Of a stretch of DNA of 64,000 nucleotides, positions 28,160 to 40,585 are shown in pieces. The DNA is from Eledone cirrhosa (taxonomy: Eukaryota). The position numbers and the translations under genes are program-made. Location of the stretch: contig OZ024748.1 of assembly GCA_964016885.1 (NCBI GenBank), positions 14,322,001 through 14,386,000 on the forward strand, given 5' to 3'. Under the pieces are notes generated by a model that saw nothing but the letters and a program-made list of their open reading frames with translations, did not search any database and was not told the origin of the DNA. Within the stretch, counting starts at the first letter, position 1. Each line of letters opens with the position of its first letter.

Positions 28160-28590
28160 CATCATTCTTCTGAATCCTTTACTATTTATAAATATTCTAA
28201 CATGGCTCTTGGTTCAATGATATAAAGCTATTTGTGTTATAGTTTATAATAATCTGAAATTCTTCCATAATGATTATATATAAGAACATTTCATAAGTTA
28301 TGTTCCAAAGACTAGCATAAAAATAAGAGTTGGTTTATATTACTAAATCTTTCCAAATTCCTGATTATTTTCAGTATTATTTGATACTTGACACATTTGA
28401 TACCAAATAACTAAAAAACTGCCCTTGATTCTAACATATAAATAATTTAAAAACCCTTCCATTATCATTCCATCTAAGAAATTTGGTTGTTATGTTACTA
28501 AATCTCACCAAATTCCTGCCTATTTTCAAAATTATTTCAAAAGCATGGGCAGTGACTTTCATTAGAAATATGGTGATTAAAGGATTAATG
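28160..28590 (+). mobile_element. Degenerate TTAA MITE copies
   Basis: Family blocks TACTAAATC..CCAAATTCCTG and CATTAGAAATATGG. Confidence 0.55.
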
Positions 28591-28859
28591 ATACATCTAA
28601 TATTTATAAACTTTACTATTATGCACTTCTTTTACTTTTGCATAGGTGTCAGATGTAACAACAATATATATATATATGTGTGTTTATGATAGGATTGGGC
28701 CCCCTATCATTAAAAGACACAAGAAACCTTTGGAGGCCAGCTAACCCCGTATAGGTGTCAGGAGTATTTCATTTTTTTCTTTTTCAAAGTTTTTTATCAA
28801 GAAGCACTAACACAATTAAGACTGGTTACAGACTCATTGGTAAGGAAGAAGAAGGAAAG

Positions 28860-29092
28860 GAATGACAAGAACCCAGACCTCATTCGTTTACTGAGCGGGG
28901 TAGAACTCATCAAATCATACCAAGGAGACAATGCTTCTATTGCTGATACTATCTACGGGTCACAACTCCTGGCAGAAGAAGCAATATGAAATAAATTGTC
29001 TTCCTCAACGACATAAGACACCACCTGGTATGAGAATCGAAATCCCAACCTCATGATTGTGAATCCAAGCCACTAAGCCACACACCTTCACT
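28860..29092 (-). mobile_element. tRNA-headed SINE with TTGTGACC.GTAGATAGTATCAGCAAT body
   Basis: Head CCACTAAGCCACACACCTTCAC; body also at 2035-2100, 12330-12400, 32400-32485, 59870-60115 and 61750-61855. Confidence 0.7.
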
Positions 29093-29273
29093 TATTAATA
29101 ATCACAACTAATTACCAACTCCCACTACAAACATTATTGCCATTGAACATTAAACAAAATCATGATGTTTCAGTTCGTTATTTCAATCAGCAGAATGAAA
29201 ATGATTTGACTTCTGAGAGAGAGAGAGATCCTCCACTATCTCTCTCTAATACATACATACATATATATATATA

Positions 29274-29332
<59 letters not shown>

Positions 29333-29567
29333 ATGTATGTATATATATATATATATATATATGATGAGAGTTCACAGTTTTTGGTTCATTGTTATTGTTT
29401 CAATCAATGGAATGAAAATGATTTAACTTGAGAGAGAGAGAGATAATTAACATTTAAGGAAATTACTTTTGCATTGCAGTTAGTTAAAACATTGCTTAAA
29501 TAATTCATTTCATATTTGAAACGATTACTTAAGAGTAGAGAACAAGCAAATGCAGTGATGTACTTAC

Positions 29568-29570
29568 CAG
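29568..29570 (-). CDS. Candidate 3-nt microexon (CTG)
   Basis: Minus strand reads GCTTAATTTCTTGCATGTCCTTCACATATTTCTAG|CTG|GTAAGTA. Confidence 0.45.
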
Positions 29571-30189
29571 CTAGAAATATGTGAAGGACATGCAAGAAAT
29601 TAAGCTCTGGCAATAATAATAGTAATAGTAATAATAACAAAAACAATATAAAGTAAACCCAAATGTTCCACCAAAATTAATCATGCATTTGAAATGAAAT
29701 AAATAATAAAATAGATGAATTGAGTATGTTTGAATAAAAAATAGCTAATATTTTTTCCATCTCACCAAAAGCATGCTTATTAATGTTGTAAATGTGATCA
29801 GTACAGCAGTAGATTGATTCTTACTAATTAAAAGTTTTCTGAATATGCTTTTATCCCTTCAATAAAAGTCTGAATACTAAATGATGAGTAATTATAAATT
29901 TTGACAAAGTTGAATGAATATAATTCCCACCTTCATATCATGAATTTTATATTGTTGAATATTATTTATTATAAATTGCTACATATATGATACACATTAG
30001 ATATGTGTTTTTCTCTATGCAATATCTGTATCATATATTGTATTTTGTAAAGGTTAAATATATGATTTTCTTATATGCTGTTACTTATATGCCACATGTA
30101 AGATATTATATGTATGCTGTATATCATATATTGTTAAATGTATGATATCATATAGTACATAAAGTATTATTAGACAATATGTATCATAT

Positions 30190-30195
30190 AATGTA

Positions 30196-30242
<47 letters not shown>

Positions 30243-30267
30243 ATATATATATGTATATTTATATATG

Positions 30268-30332
<65 letters not shown>

Positions 30333-30359
30333 ATGTGTATATATATATATATATATTTA

Positions 30360-30426
<67 letters not shown>

Positions 30427-30477
30427 GTATGTATATATATATATTTATATATGTATGTATATATATATATTTATATA

Positions 30478-30515
<38 letters not shown>
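30190..30515. repeat. (TA)n microsatellite
   Basis: Direct reading. Confidence 0.95.
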
Positions 30516-30519
<4 letters not shown>

Positions 30520-30560
30520 CGAAAAATAAGTCAATTGTATGAACTCATAATCCTTTATTT

Positions 30561-30616
30561 ACCGCTATATATATTTCGATGGTAGCCATTGTATGGCTAT
30601 GACCTCATCAGGCAGT
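30561..30616 (-). ncRNA. Type I minimal hammerhead ribozyme
   Basis: ACUGC-CUGAUGA-stem II (UAGCCAU/AUGGCUA)-GAAA-UAUAUA-UA-GCGGU; stem I pairs and stem III is palindromic. Confidence 0.75.
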
Positions 30617-31710
30617 TAGTAAGTTCTTAGATATGCCAGCTCTGGGTTTTTGGTGTTGATGGTATCAGAGCCTAGGGACAAATGAGCTTGTTAGGTTAGA
30701 GTCAAATACTTAGAAAGTTTACATATAAAAAGACTTATGTTGGTTGACTTGTACATACACTCACACCCACCCCCAAAGACTCACATTTAGACACACAAAT
30801 CCATACAGATGCTTATATATATGTATGTACACAGAAGTGCATATATATATATACAAAAGAGGCCCTCATATTCAAGTATATGGCAGACATAAAATGAGGT
30901 GGTTGTTATTTTAAAGGAAAGTTAACTGGGTATTTGCAAAAAAGAAACATTAAAAAGGAAAAATTATTGTTTAGACTAGACAAAAGTAGGGAGTGATATA
31001 TATCTTCACAGCAATAGCTTAGGGGCTTTGGAGCTTAGGCGATTCCATTAGTACAGACATATACAGGTACACACACCCACCCACACTTGTATACCTCTTA
31101 ATGCATGTGTATGTCTATATACACAAGTGCATTCATACAAGAGAGCATACACAAATATACTCTCAATCATACACTCGAACATTTTTCAAATGCAACCTGG
31201 GGTATTAGTATTTTGTTGTATTCACATAAGTGCGTACATTCACCTAATCCCGGTATACACACACAACGCACGATTGCAGGCACGCATTCATGTGTATAGG
31301 GATAGTACCTTACTTAGAATAATCTCTCGTCTTGTGTGGGCCACTCCCAGGGAGGGGGGAGGGGATCATTAGGTTAAAAAACTTGATTTTGCTGACTCCT
31401 AACCAGAGGATGTGGTGGACAATCCACCTTGGGGACCACAGACTATGGGTGGGTATTGTTGTCCATTGGTCATTGGTACGGGGTGTAGGGAGCACTACAG
31501 GGAGGGAACCCTGCCAATTTCATGTATCTCACCAGTTCAATAGAGCTTGCCCAGTATGTGAGGAGCTACGGGAGTGGGCCTATGGGGGCGGTGTGTGTGA
31601 AAAAGTACAGCGCGGTCCTAGCCTATTATAGGGGTGCTGAAATTACTACTAAGGGGTAGTCGGAGTGGGTAGGGGAGGAAAAGGGCGTTGTGGGAGGCCG
31701 TATCCGGGGT

Positions 31711-32162
31711 TTATCCATGTAGCTTGAGGAAAGTTCCTGTCCTGCGGTGTCTGCAGGTGCCGAATAAGTCGGCCCTTCTGTTTAATAGCTTGGTTCCGCC
31801 ATGAAGTATCTCGAGTGTCTCACTAAGACAGAGGTTGCAAATACCAGACCCACCTCTGTCTGGGGGAACCTTTTTAACCACGGACCCGACCAAAGAGTGC
31901 GGGGTCCCTTCAAGTTTGAGCTTCCAAATAAATTCAGAAAGGGCCGTACATTTCCTCTTTTCTACTCTGTTAAAGGAGTGGCAATAAGATACCACCTATC
32001 TTTGAAGCATGTTGCCGTGGATCCTATGTAGTGGTGCTCCAAGTTAGGGGTTGTGACCCTGCACCTGTAGACTACATTTTTCGTAATGCATTCATTACTA
32101 AGGGGGCATAGTGATGGGTTTCTGCAATTGCATGACTTTTTAAGCCCCTGCACATGTACCAT
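31711..32162 (-). pseudogene. Frameshifted GIY-YIG endonuclease domain of a Penelope-like element
   Basis: CNCRNPSLCPL...VVYRC...YIGST..FKDRW, frameshift near 31990, then TALSEFIWKLK...CNLCLSE...LLNRR..CRH. Confidence 0.9.
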
Positions 32163-32708
32163 GGGGTTACCATCAGGTGGGGTTGGCTGGGCTATATATA
32201 TGTGTGTGTGTGTGTGTGTCTGTTTGTGTGTGTGTATATATATACATACATATGAAAATGTATATATATATATCTACATATATATGTGTGTGGGCACATA
32301 TAAATATATGTACCATTATACATATGTATATATACATATACATATATATATATATAATTATGCTTATATATATATAGATATATATATATATATATCAACA
32401 GTCGATCGACTTTCGTCAAATTGGACCGAGGAAACAATGTTTCCATCGGTCTTTCCAATTGCTAATACTATCTATCAGTCACAAAGAAAATGTGGTAAGG
32501 AACCCGGTGGACCATAACACAACAGATTACTCGATATTTAGAGTAGTAGAGTGGGTAATAGGAAAATATCTGTTCAGATCTAGCTGTCAAAATGGCAGGA
32601 GCTCAGCCGTCAGGGTTCTGACACTTTTCCTATATATATATATATATATAATGTAGGAGGTGAGTTTTATTGTAGTACAATAAAGCAATGCAGTTTTTAC
32701 ATGTATAA

Positions 32709-32739
<31 letters not shown>

Positions 32740-32756
32740 ATTCTACATGTGAGAAC

Positions 32757-32847
32757 ACATATCTGAGGAGCTTCCAATTACAAGTCAGGAATGAACATAG
32801 TTCGATCGTTCCTTGAGCTGATCAGCAGCGAAACATATGTAAAATGT
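32757..32847 (+). ncRNA. Hammerhead ribozyme-like motif with long stem II
   Basis: CUGAGGA-GCU...AGC-GAAA-CAUAUG-UA; stem I ACAUAU/AAAUGU with one mismatch. Confidence 0.55.
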
Positions 32848-32904
32848 AATTAGATATGTATATGATGCTATGCTGATTCTTTGTTCCCTATTTTATATAT
32901 ATAT

Positions 32905-33290
32905 CATCATCATGATCATCATCATTTTACGTCCACTTTTCCCTGCTTGCAAGGGTGGGACGGAAACTGATTCTGGCTTGATTTCTACAGCTGGATACCC
33001 TTCCTAACACCAACCTCATTTACAGTGAGTGCTGGGTGATTTTTTTCCGTGGCGCCTACACGTCCACTTTACAGTGTGGGTTGGGTGCTTTTTTTGCCGT
33101 GACACCTCCACGACCACTTTGCAGTGGAATGATAGGAACCCCAGTCCCTATCATCTCATTTCTACAGCTGAGTAAACTGGAGCAATGTGAAATAAAGTGT
33201 CTTGCTCAAGGAAACAACACATCACCCGGTCCAAGAATTGAACTCACAACCTTTCGATTGCAAGGCCAATGCTCTAACCACTAAGCCATG
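32905..33290 (-). mobile_element. tRNA-headed SINE with Meta/V-like block and RTE-type (GAT)n tail
   Basis: Head and core nearly identical to 40705-40840. Confidence 0.85.
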
Positions 33291-33308
33291 TATATATACA
33301 CACCCATG

Positions 33309-33355
<47 letters not shown>

Positions 33356-33939
33356 GCATATCTATATATCTATGTACCTATGTAAATTTAACTGGCCTTT
33401 TATGAAATTGTATCTCATATTTTTAAAGTTTACTTCGAAATAAAACTGTTTCTACAATCAATGGTTTTCTTACATCGATATTAATTGGTGAAGGTTACTA
33501 AATAGAAAAACCAAACAAACAAAATCATTTGATAATCAATATATGTGAACATTTTAACAATTAATTGTTTATTAATTAAGCTATTATTGATGAAAGAACA
33601 CATTTACTGAATTAGATATCTGAAATGTCTGAGATTTATGATTAATAACATAATATCTTTGATTATTAACCTCATATGTAGAGATGAAACATTTTCATCT
33701 GTTTACGAATTACATTGTATTTCAATGAGAGCCATCAACACAAATCATTAGATGTATAATTACTAGAGGTTTACATCTATAGAACTTTAACTGGTGATGG
33801 TGTCGTAGGGGCATTGTAGCAACATACGGTGTGTCTTGGGCATATAAACCTAACAGAGCCCATCCTTCTTCAGAGTCTGAGCATAGCTGATGCCTTCCAG
33901 TGAAAGAAAAAGAGCAACTGTGGGAAAGAAATATAAAGA

Positions 33940-34090
33940 AAGAGTTGATCGCAGTACTAGGTTGTTATCTTCATTTATAAACCTAAAAATCATGACAGAC
34001 AAATTTGACTTTGCAGGATTTGAACTAAAAGACTGAGAATCAGAATTAACACCAAAATGCATTCTGATGACTTTTCTAATTTGCTGTTGC
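33940..34090 (-). mobile_element. Degenerate Nin/Deu SINE
   Basis: GACTTTGCAGGATTTGAACT (reverse B-box). Confidence 0.5.
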
Positions 34091-34899
34091 TTTGGAGATG
34101 CACGTGCTTTCTAATCTAGGATGTGTCCAACAATGATACTTCCAAGCTTCATTGCCCGACAAGCTGAAGAACACAATGTGACAAAAAACTAGTTGCTCCA
34201 TGGTAGAGATGAAAAAAGAATGAAATTGACAGCCCACACCTATGAAGGTGTAGCTGCCCCCACTGGATTGCATCTCATGAGTGATTACTTGGGTATTTTA
34301 ATGATAAGGTTTCCAGTTCTATCATGTAGAATAACATAACATGAAATGAAGCAACTTACTTGAGAACACAACATGCTGACTAGTCCAGCAATTGAGGCCA
34401 CACACCTCCACAACCTCACGGAGTAGAAACATCTGACATCCTAGATCTCCTGTATCACTTTTCTATTCATCTTAGTTGTGAAGGTGACAACCATTTCCAA
34501 GGGTGAGTCTTACATGGAGGAATAGCTTTATTAATATATATCCTTCAGAATTCTCTGTGCTATCAGATTCACTATTATATCCATAGAAATTCGGAAATAA
34601 TTCCATGATGTACTGCACCTTACTTTGTTTATTTAATTCATGAAGTCAAACATGATTCCTGGTAGTATTTACACTTGAAAAGTTTCTAATGTTAAGCATA
34701 GAGTAATCTTTATTTTTGTAGCTATTGAACTTTATTGGAGCGAGTAGATATGTGAAATTCTGTCTTGAATAGATTTTCCAATTTTTTTCAGCACATATTA
34801 GATATTCTACATATATGATATATACTCATGTATAAGTTGTTCCTTAAATAATATGATATATACTCATATATAAGTTGTATCTTAAATAAAAGGATGTAA

Positions 34900-35545
34900 A
34901 ACCACAGCATGTGACTTATGTCCTGAACTTATAAAACCTCAATTCAAAATATACGGTACATTGTAAATGTTCTATATAAAATTGAAGTGTGACTTATCAA
35001 CTAGACCTACAAAACCTCAATTTAAATTTCATGGAACATTGTAAATGTATGTAAAATAGAAGTGTGAGCATCTACTGGACCTACAAAACCTCAATTAAAA
35101 TATATGGTATATTGGAAAATGTATGTAAAATGGAGATGTGATTTATCTATCAGTGTGTCTTATGTATAAATAAATGTGATAGTAATGATCATAGAGCATT
35201 GGACACATAGTTTGTGGCATATTGTTATAGCCCTTCTGAGTTCAAATCCCATTAAGGTTAGCTTTGTCTTTCATCCTTAGGGGTCGATAAAATAAAGCAC
35301 CCTTAACGCACTGCGGTCAATTTAATCGACTTGCCCCTCCACCAAAATTGTTGGTCTGGTAGATAGCTCGCACTTCTATTTTACATACAACATTTACAAT
35401 GTACCATATAATTTGAATTGAAGTCTTGTAGGCACAGTAGATAGGTCATACTTCAATTTTATATAGAACATTTACAAGGTACCATATATATTGAATTGCA
35501 GCAGACAGATCGCCTTCCATTTTATATACATTTACAATGTAACTA
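34900..35545. repeat. Fold-back of ~80-bp subrepeats (3 direct, ~2.5 inverted) around a Nin/Deu SINE at 35185-35360
   Basis: GTGTGACTTATC..GACCTACAAAACCTCAATT..GGTACATTGTAAATG on the left, reverse complements on the right. Confidence 0.7.
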
Positions 35546-36204
35546 ATTATTTTTACCCACCAACTAACTTAATGGAATCTGTTTCACACAAGTTAACTTT
35601 CAGTATTTTCCATTGCTGTGTTATATTATTTAACTTCAATCTGACAGTATGATTGCATTTCTGACAAATGATATTTGTTTGCCTTTATACATTTTAAAAC
35701 AGTCTTATTTTCATTTATATACTAATTCCAAACTCACCCTCTAACTATTGAGCTTCTAATGCAAATTATATGGTTTATCTTTTGTATAGAAAAGATTAAC
35801 TTGCTTTATCTTTACAAAAAACAAGATATCAATAATTTCTTTTTACTATTATTGGCTTAAAGCTGAGTTTAGTAAATATTTTTTAGTCTTATCTCAAAAT
35901 TATTAACCAACTACAGCTCAAAATCTTCACATCTTTAAACAACACACACACACACACACATCATTATCATCATCGTTTAACGTCCATGGGTCTGGAATAT
36001 ATATATACACGTGTGTATATAGATGTCTGGAATATATATATACATGTGTGTATATTTATATATGCATATAAATATATATATTGTCCCACCCTTGCAAGCA
36101 GGGAAAAGCGGACGTAAAATGATGATGATTATGATGTTGATATATATATATATATATTTATAAATGCATATAAATATATATATATGTATATATGCATATA
36201 AATA

Positions 36205-38400
36205 TATAATAATAATAATGAAATTATTGTGTAAAGTGCTCAGTTGTACCACAACTCGTCAAAGGTGCATGTATAGTACATAGAATAATATACAAATGTC
36301 AGGGAAGTGAATAGTGTATGAGTCATGATATACATATGTGCAGGTGTATGGAGGGGGAATATTAAGTATAGTGTTGGCGAATCTCAGGAAGCATGGAGGT
36401 TTGAAAGGATGCAGTGTCTCGACAGCTAATAACTGATGCAGGTAATTTGTTCCATGCTTCAGCAACTCTGAGCGTGACAAAATGTTTCCGAAAGTCATGG
36501 GAACTGTGCTGTTTTCTGACTTTGTGGGCAAGCCCACATGTGTTAGACACATGGAAATCAAAAAGGCACTCAGGGTTGTTGTTGGCAAGATGGTTAATAA
36601 TTGTGTGGGCGTTTACCAAGTGAATTTATCCATGCCCAGGGAAGCAAGGCATTCAGAGTATGGTAGATGCCTGATGGAGGGTATTCGCTTGGTTGCACAT
36701 CTCTGAACAGTTTCCAGGCAGTCAATGTTCTGAACAAGATAGGGGTTCCAGACTGGTGATGCAAATTCTAAGTGTGGCCGCACCATAGCTATGTACAGCT
36801 TTAAATAGATAGCTGGAGAGTGGCTGACAAAGGTCTTGCTGAGTGATGCTAAGACATCCTCGGCCTTCTTGACAATTTTAGAGATGTGCTTCGTCCAACG
36901 CAAGTCGCTGCTTATCGTAATGCCCAGGTTACGTTCACAAGAAGACTTCTTGATATTAGTGTTGTGGAGGGAGTATGTGGACGCTGGGTTTTTACTCCCA
37001 AAATGCATGGTGGTGCACTTGTCCACAGCTAGCTTGAGTTGCGAATCTGTGATCCATTGTTGCATTGTGTCCAGGTCTATAGTGTTCAGGATCTGTCCTT
37101 TTTATCTCAAGGTACAGCTTGATGTCATCTGCATATTTCAGTACTGTGGCATTCTTTAAGTTGGCATCTATGTAATTAATATATGCCACAAACAAAAGGG
37201 GGCCAAGAACAGATCCCTGTGGTACACCAGATGACAACTCATATGGTGAGGAATGCTGTCCTAGAACCGTGACTACCTCTCTTCGACTGAGAATTAAGGA
37301 CTTCAACCAGTTAAAGAGATCATCCTTCACACTCATTGCAGGGAGTTTTGCCATAAGTTTTTGTGTGGCACACAATTGAAAGCTTTAGCAAAGTCAAGGT
37401 AAACAACATCCACCCATGAGCCGCCATCAGCGTTCCGGGTGATGTCTTCAAGAAACTCGATAAGTTGATAACAGCAGCTGGAGTTAGGGATAAATCCAAA
37501 TTGCGAGGGCCGGATAAGACTGTGAGAGTTCCAGAAGTTCCAAAGCGTTTCTCTGACACAGGATTCCATCAGTTTGACAATGCATCTAGTAACACTGACT
37601 GGACGATAGTTCACAGGTGATGTACAGTCACCCTTTTTGAACAGAGGAATGACACTGGCAGTTTTCCACTGTTCTCGAGCAGCACCGTTATTCAGACAGA
37701 ATTGGAAGAAGTGTGATAGCTGGTGCAGAAGGAAGTACCCACCACATTTGAAAAGCAGGTATGTAACACCATCAAGACCAGGAGAGGCAAGGTTGCGTTT
37801 ATTTTTAAGGTGATGTTGTAGCATTGCAGGTGTAAATTCCATAGTTGTAATAGAATCCGATGTAATAGGTGGTGGAGACGGTACATTCTGGTCTTCAATA
37901 GTGAAAATGCCTGCATAGCATTCAGCAATGAGTTCTGCACGTTCCTTGGGGTCGTCAGTATCCTGGCTTGTGTGGGGATTGCAAAGAGGACTAACTGGAG
38001 GGTGAGGCCTCTGCTTTGAGTGAATATACTTCCAGAACACCTTACTGTCAGGGCTGGTTGCTATGCGCTGCTCAAATTGAAGCACTGTCTTTTTTTGTCA
38101 CCTGTTTGAGATGGTTGGATGATTTATTTTGCTTCTTCCTATTGATATCTGATTTATGCAGTTTGTACGTTCAGCATTACAATGTTCTTTTCTGGCAAGA
38201 CGGACTGCTGCAGTCTCCCAAATTGTACTTTTGGGATGTATTTTCTACTTATGTGGCACCGATACTGCACATACTGTCCATATGGAGCTCAGGATGTTCT
38301 GGAGTACAGTGTTGACATCACCACAGCGCCCAGGTCACACTACCATGTAACATTGCTATTCGTATGCACGCATCATACAGTCTGCATTTCATTATATACA
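36205..38400 (-). mobile_element. CR1-clade LINE, 5'-truncated, reverse transcriptase with several frameshifts
   Basis: SPGLDG, NYRPVS, QFGF, YLDFAKAF, SGVPQGSVLGPLLF, YADD, RPHLEFASPVWNP and WNKLP in successive frames; (ATT)n tail. Confidence 0.92.
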
Positions 38401-38412
38401 TTATAGATATGA

Positions 38413-38603
38413 AGGGTGGTGGATTGGCATTATCAGTGGAGGATCGGATGCCATGCTTTGACGCAGTGAGTTACGGCCCTTGCCAATCTGAGTTCAAATC
38501 CCGCCGAGGTTAACTTTGCCTTTCATCCTTTGGGGTCGATAAAATAAATTACCAGTAATGTACTGAGTAATTGCTGGCCTTGTGCCAATAGTAGAAACAA
38601 TTA
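38413..38603 (+). mobile_element. Young Nin/Deu-domain SINE
   Basis: A box, B box and intact core. Confidence 0.9.
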
Positions 38604-38769
38604 TATATATATATTATATCTACATATATATAGATATATTATATATATCATATATATATATATATATATACACATACATATATATTATATATATAGAGAG
38701 AGGGTGTCCCAGCAATATTTATTAGAATGCTGTTGAAGTGTGTATACATTTCTTTAGCACAGTCTGTAT

Positions 38770-38960
38770 ATCATCATCATCGTTTAACATTCATTTTCCA
38801 CACTAGCATGGGTTAGACGGTTTTGTTCCACCTGAAGCAGGATTGGTCGGGAGACCGTGTCTCACTCATACAGAACTGTCTCTGGCAGGATTTCTATGGC
38901 TGGATGCCCTTCCTAACACCAACTACATTTACAGTGTGGACTGGGTGCCTTTTGTTTTGT
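38770..38960 (-). mobile_element. SINE 3' part with RTE-type tail
   Basis: CATCATCATCGTTTAAC...GGCTGGATGCCCTTCCTAACACCAAC. Confidence 0.75.
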
Positions 38961-39223
38961 CCCTGACATGACCATTTATGGTGGACGGAAATGGGAGGAT
39001 GGAGTAGGGTGTTTGGGGTGGGGTGTATATTGGGTTAAGAGGTGCCTGCTGACTGTAGGTTTAAGTTTTTATGCAACAAGAGAAGACGGGCCTTCTGTAC
39101 AACTGCACTGCACGAAAGATATATATATATATATATAGTAATAATAATAAATGTGAAGACTAAAATCCAAAGAGGGCTCGATAAGGATAAATATATATCA
39201 AATATATAAGAACTCTAGAGCAA

Positions 39224-39380
39224 ATATTTATTAAAATAACAGATTAAAGTTTAAGCAAAGAATCGCTGCTTTCACCCCTAACAGGATCTTCTGAATAAAA
39301 AAAAAAGTTTCAGAAGATCCCGTTAAGGGTGAAATCAGCAATTCTTTGCTTAAACTTTAATCTGTTATTTTAATAAATAT
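39224..39380. repeat. Inverted repeat with ~70-bp arms (probable Penelope pseudo-LTR fold-back)
   Basis: ATATTTATTAAAATAACAGATTAAAGTTTAAGCAAAGAAT... pairs with the right arm; single copy at 52930-52988. Confidence 0.85.
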
Positions 39381-39725
39381 ATATATAGATAGATATATTA
39401 TATATGTTTTTTGATGACCAGTGTTTTCCATATGTTCTAACAGTGGCATCAAGGAACAGTCAACATGTTGATGTCAGTGCAAGAATGACCACATGATCGT
39501 TATAAAAAAACACAGCACAATGACGCTGTTTGCTTGCAAATGAATTGAATATTATTATTATTATTCGATATAAAACTCATAAATCCATTTATATCATGTA
39601 TATAAAATGTCCAACTGAATATGCACATTTGTTTTTTATTTCTCGGTGAATTTTTCTTCTTATTTTTCCCAGTTCTTTCCTCTTACCACCCTTTTCTTTT
39701 TATTTATCTTCTATTTCTAACTCTA

Positions 39726-39761
39726 TCTTCTGATGAAAGACTAGTGTCCGAAACGTTAAGA
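39726..39761 (+). ncRNA. Minimal hammerhead motif in a Penelope-type terminal fragment
   Basis: UCUU-CUGAUGA-AAGAC-UAGU-GUCC-GAAACGUU-AAGA; degenerate relative at 61614-61643. Confidence 0.55.
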
Positions 39762-39859
39762 ATCTCTTCTTGCTATTTCAAGCATTAAACTAATATATTT
39801 CTTCCATATACTGTACCATTTGTTTTGTTATTTTTGTTATTTCTGTTTACCTCTTACAT

Positions 39860-39917
<58 letters not shown>

Positions 39918-40544
39918 ACTTGCAAGTTAAATAGAAGAACAAAGAAATATATATGTTATATTCATTGATTGCAAAACACAAGAGTGAATATATTCTTCTT
40001 AGAAGAAGATAAGAAACCATTCCATATTGACACTGATAATTGTATTTGGTTGAATATATAATGTTTGAGGTGGAAATAAATCCTTCGATATTACATCTAC
40101 TGACATTAATCCCCAAAATCTGATGCTCTAAAACATTTTCTAAAGGAAGCCTAACTCATGAAATACACTGAAAATAATTCTGTTTAAGCAATGAATTGTT
40201 AGAATATGGAATCATCTAGAGAATGAATTACATCATCATACAATTTGAAAAAGAAAATAATATGAGTTTTGTTAAATGTTTTTTTTTCTGCTTTTTTTCT
40301 GTGTTTTTTTAACCAATATGAAATTACAATTTTTTTTAGTACTTCGAAATTTTTTAACTTTTACAAAGGTGAGTGTGTGTGTGTGTGATAATATTTAAAC
40401 CTTTGAATAGGGATAATAATAATAATGTTGTATAATTAACTTTATTCATACATACACACACACAAATATATATATAGAGAGAGGGAGGGACTCTATGGAG
40501 GGCCACCATGTATATGTGCAGACTTATATATGCTTATATATATG

Positions 40545-40582
<38 letters not shown>

Positions 40583-40585
<3 letters not shown>

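Larger units (their letters stand above)
30516..32191 (-). mobile_element. 5'-truncated Penelope-like retroelement flanked by (TA)n
   Basis: GIY-YIG endonuclease remnant, ~1.1 kb 3' region and a terminal hammerhead motif. Confidence 0.8.
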
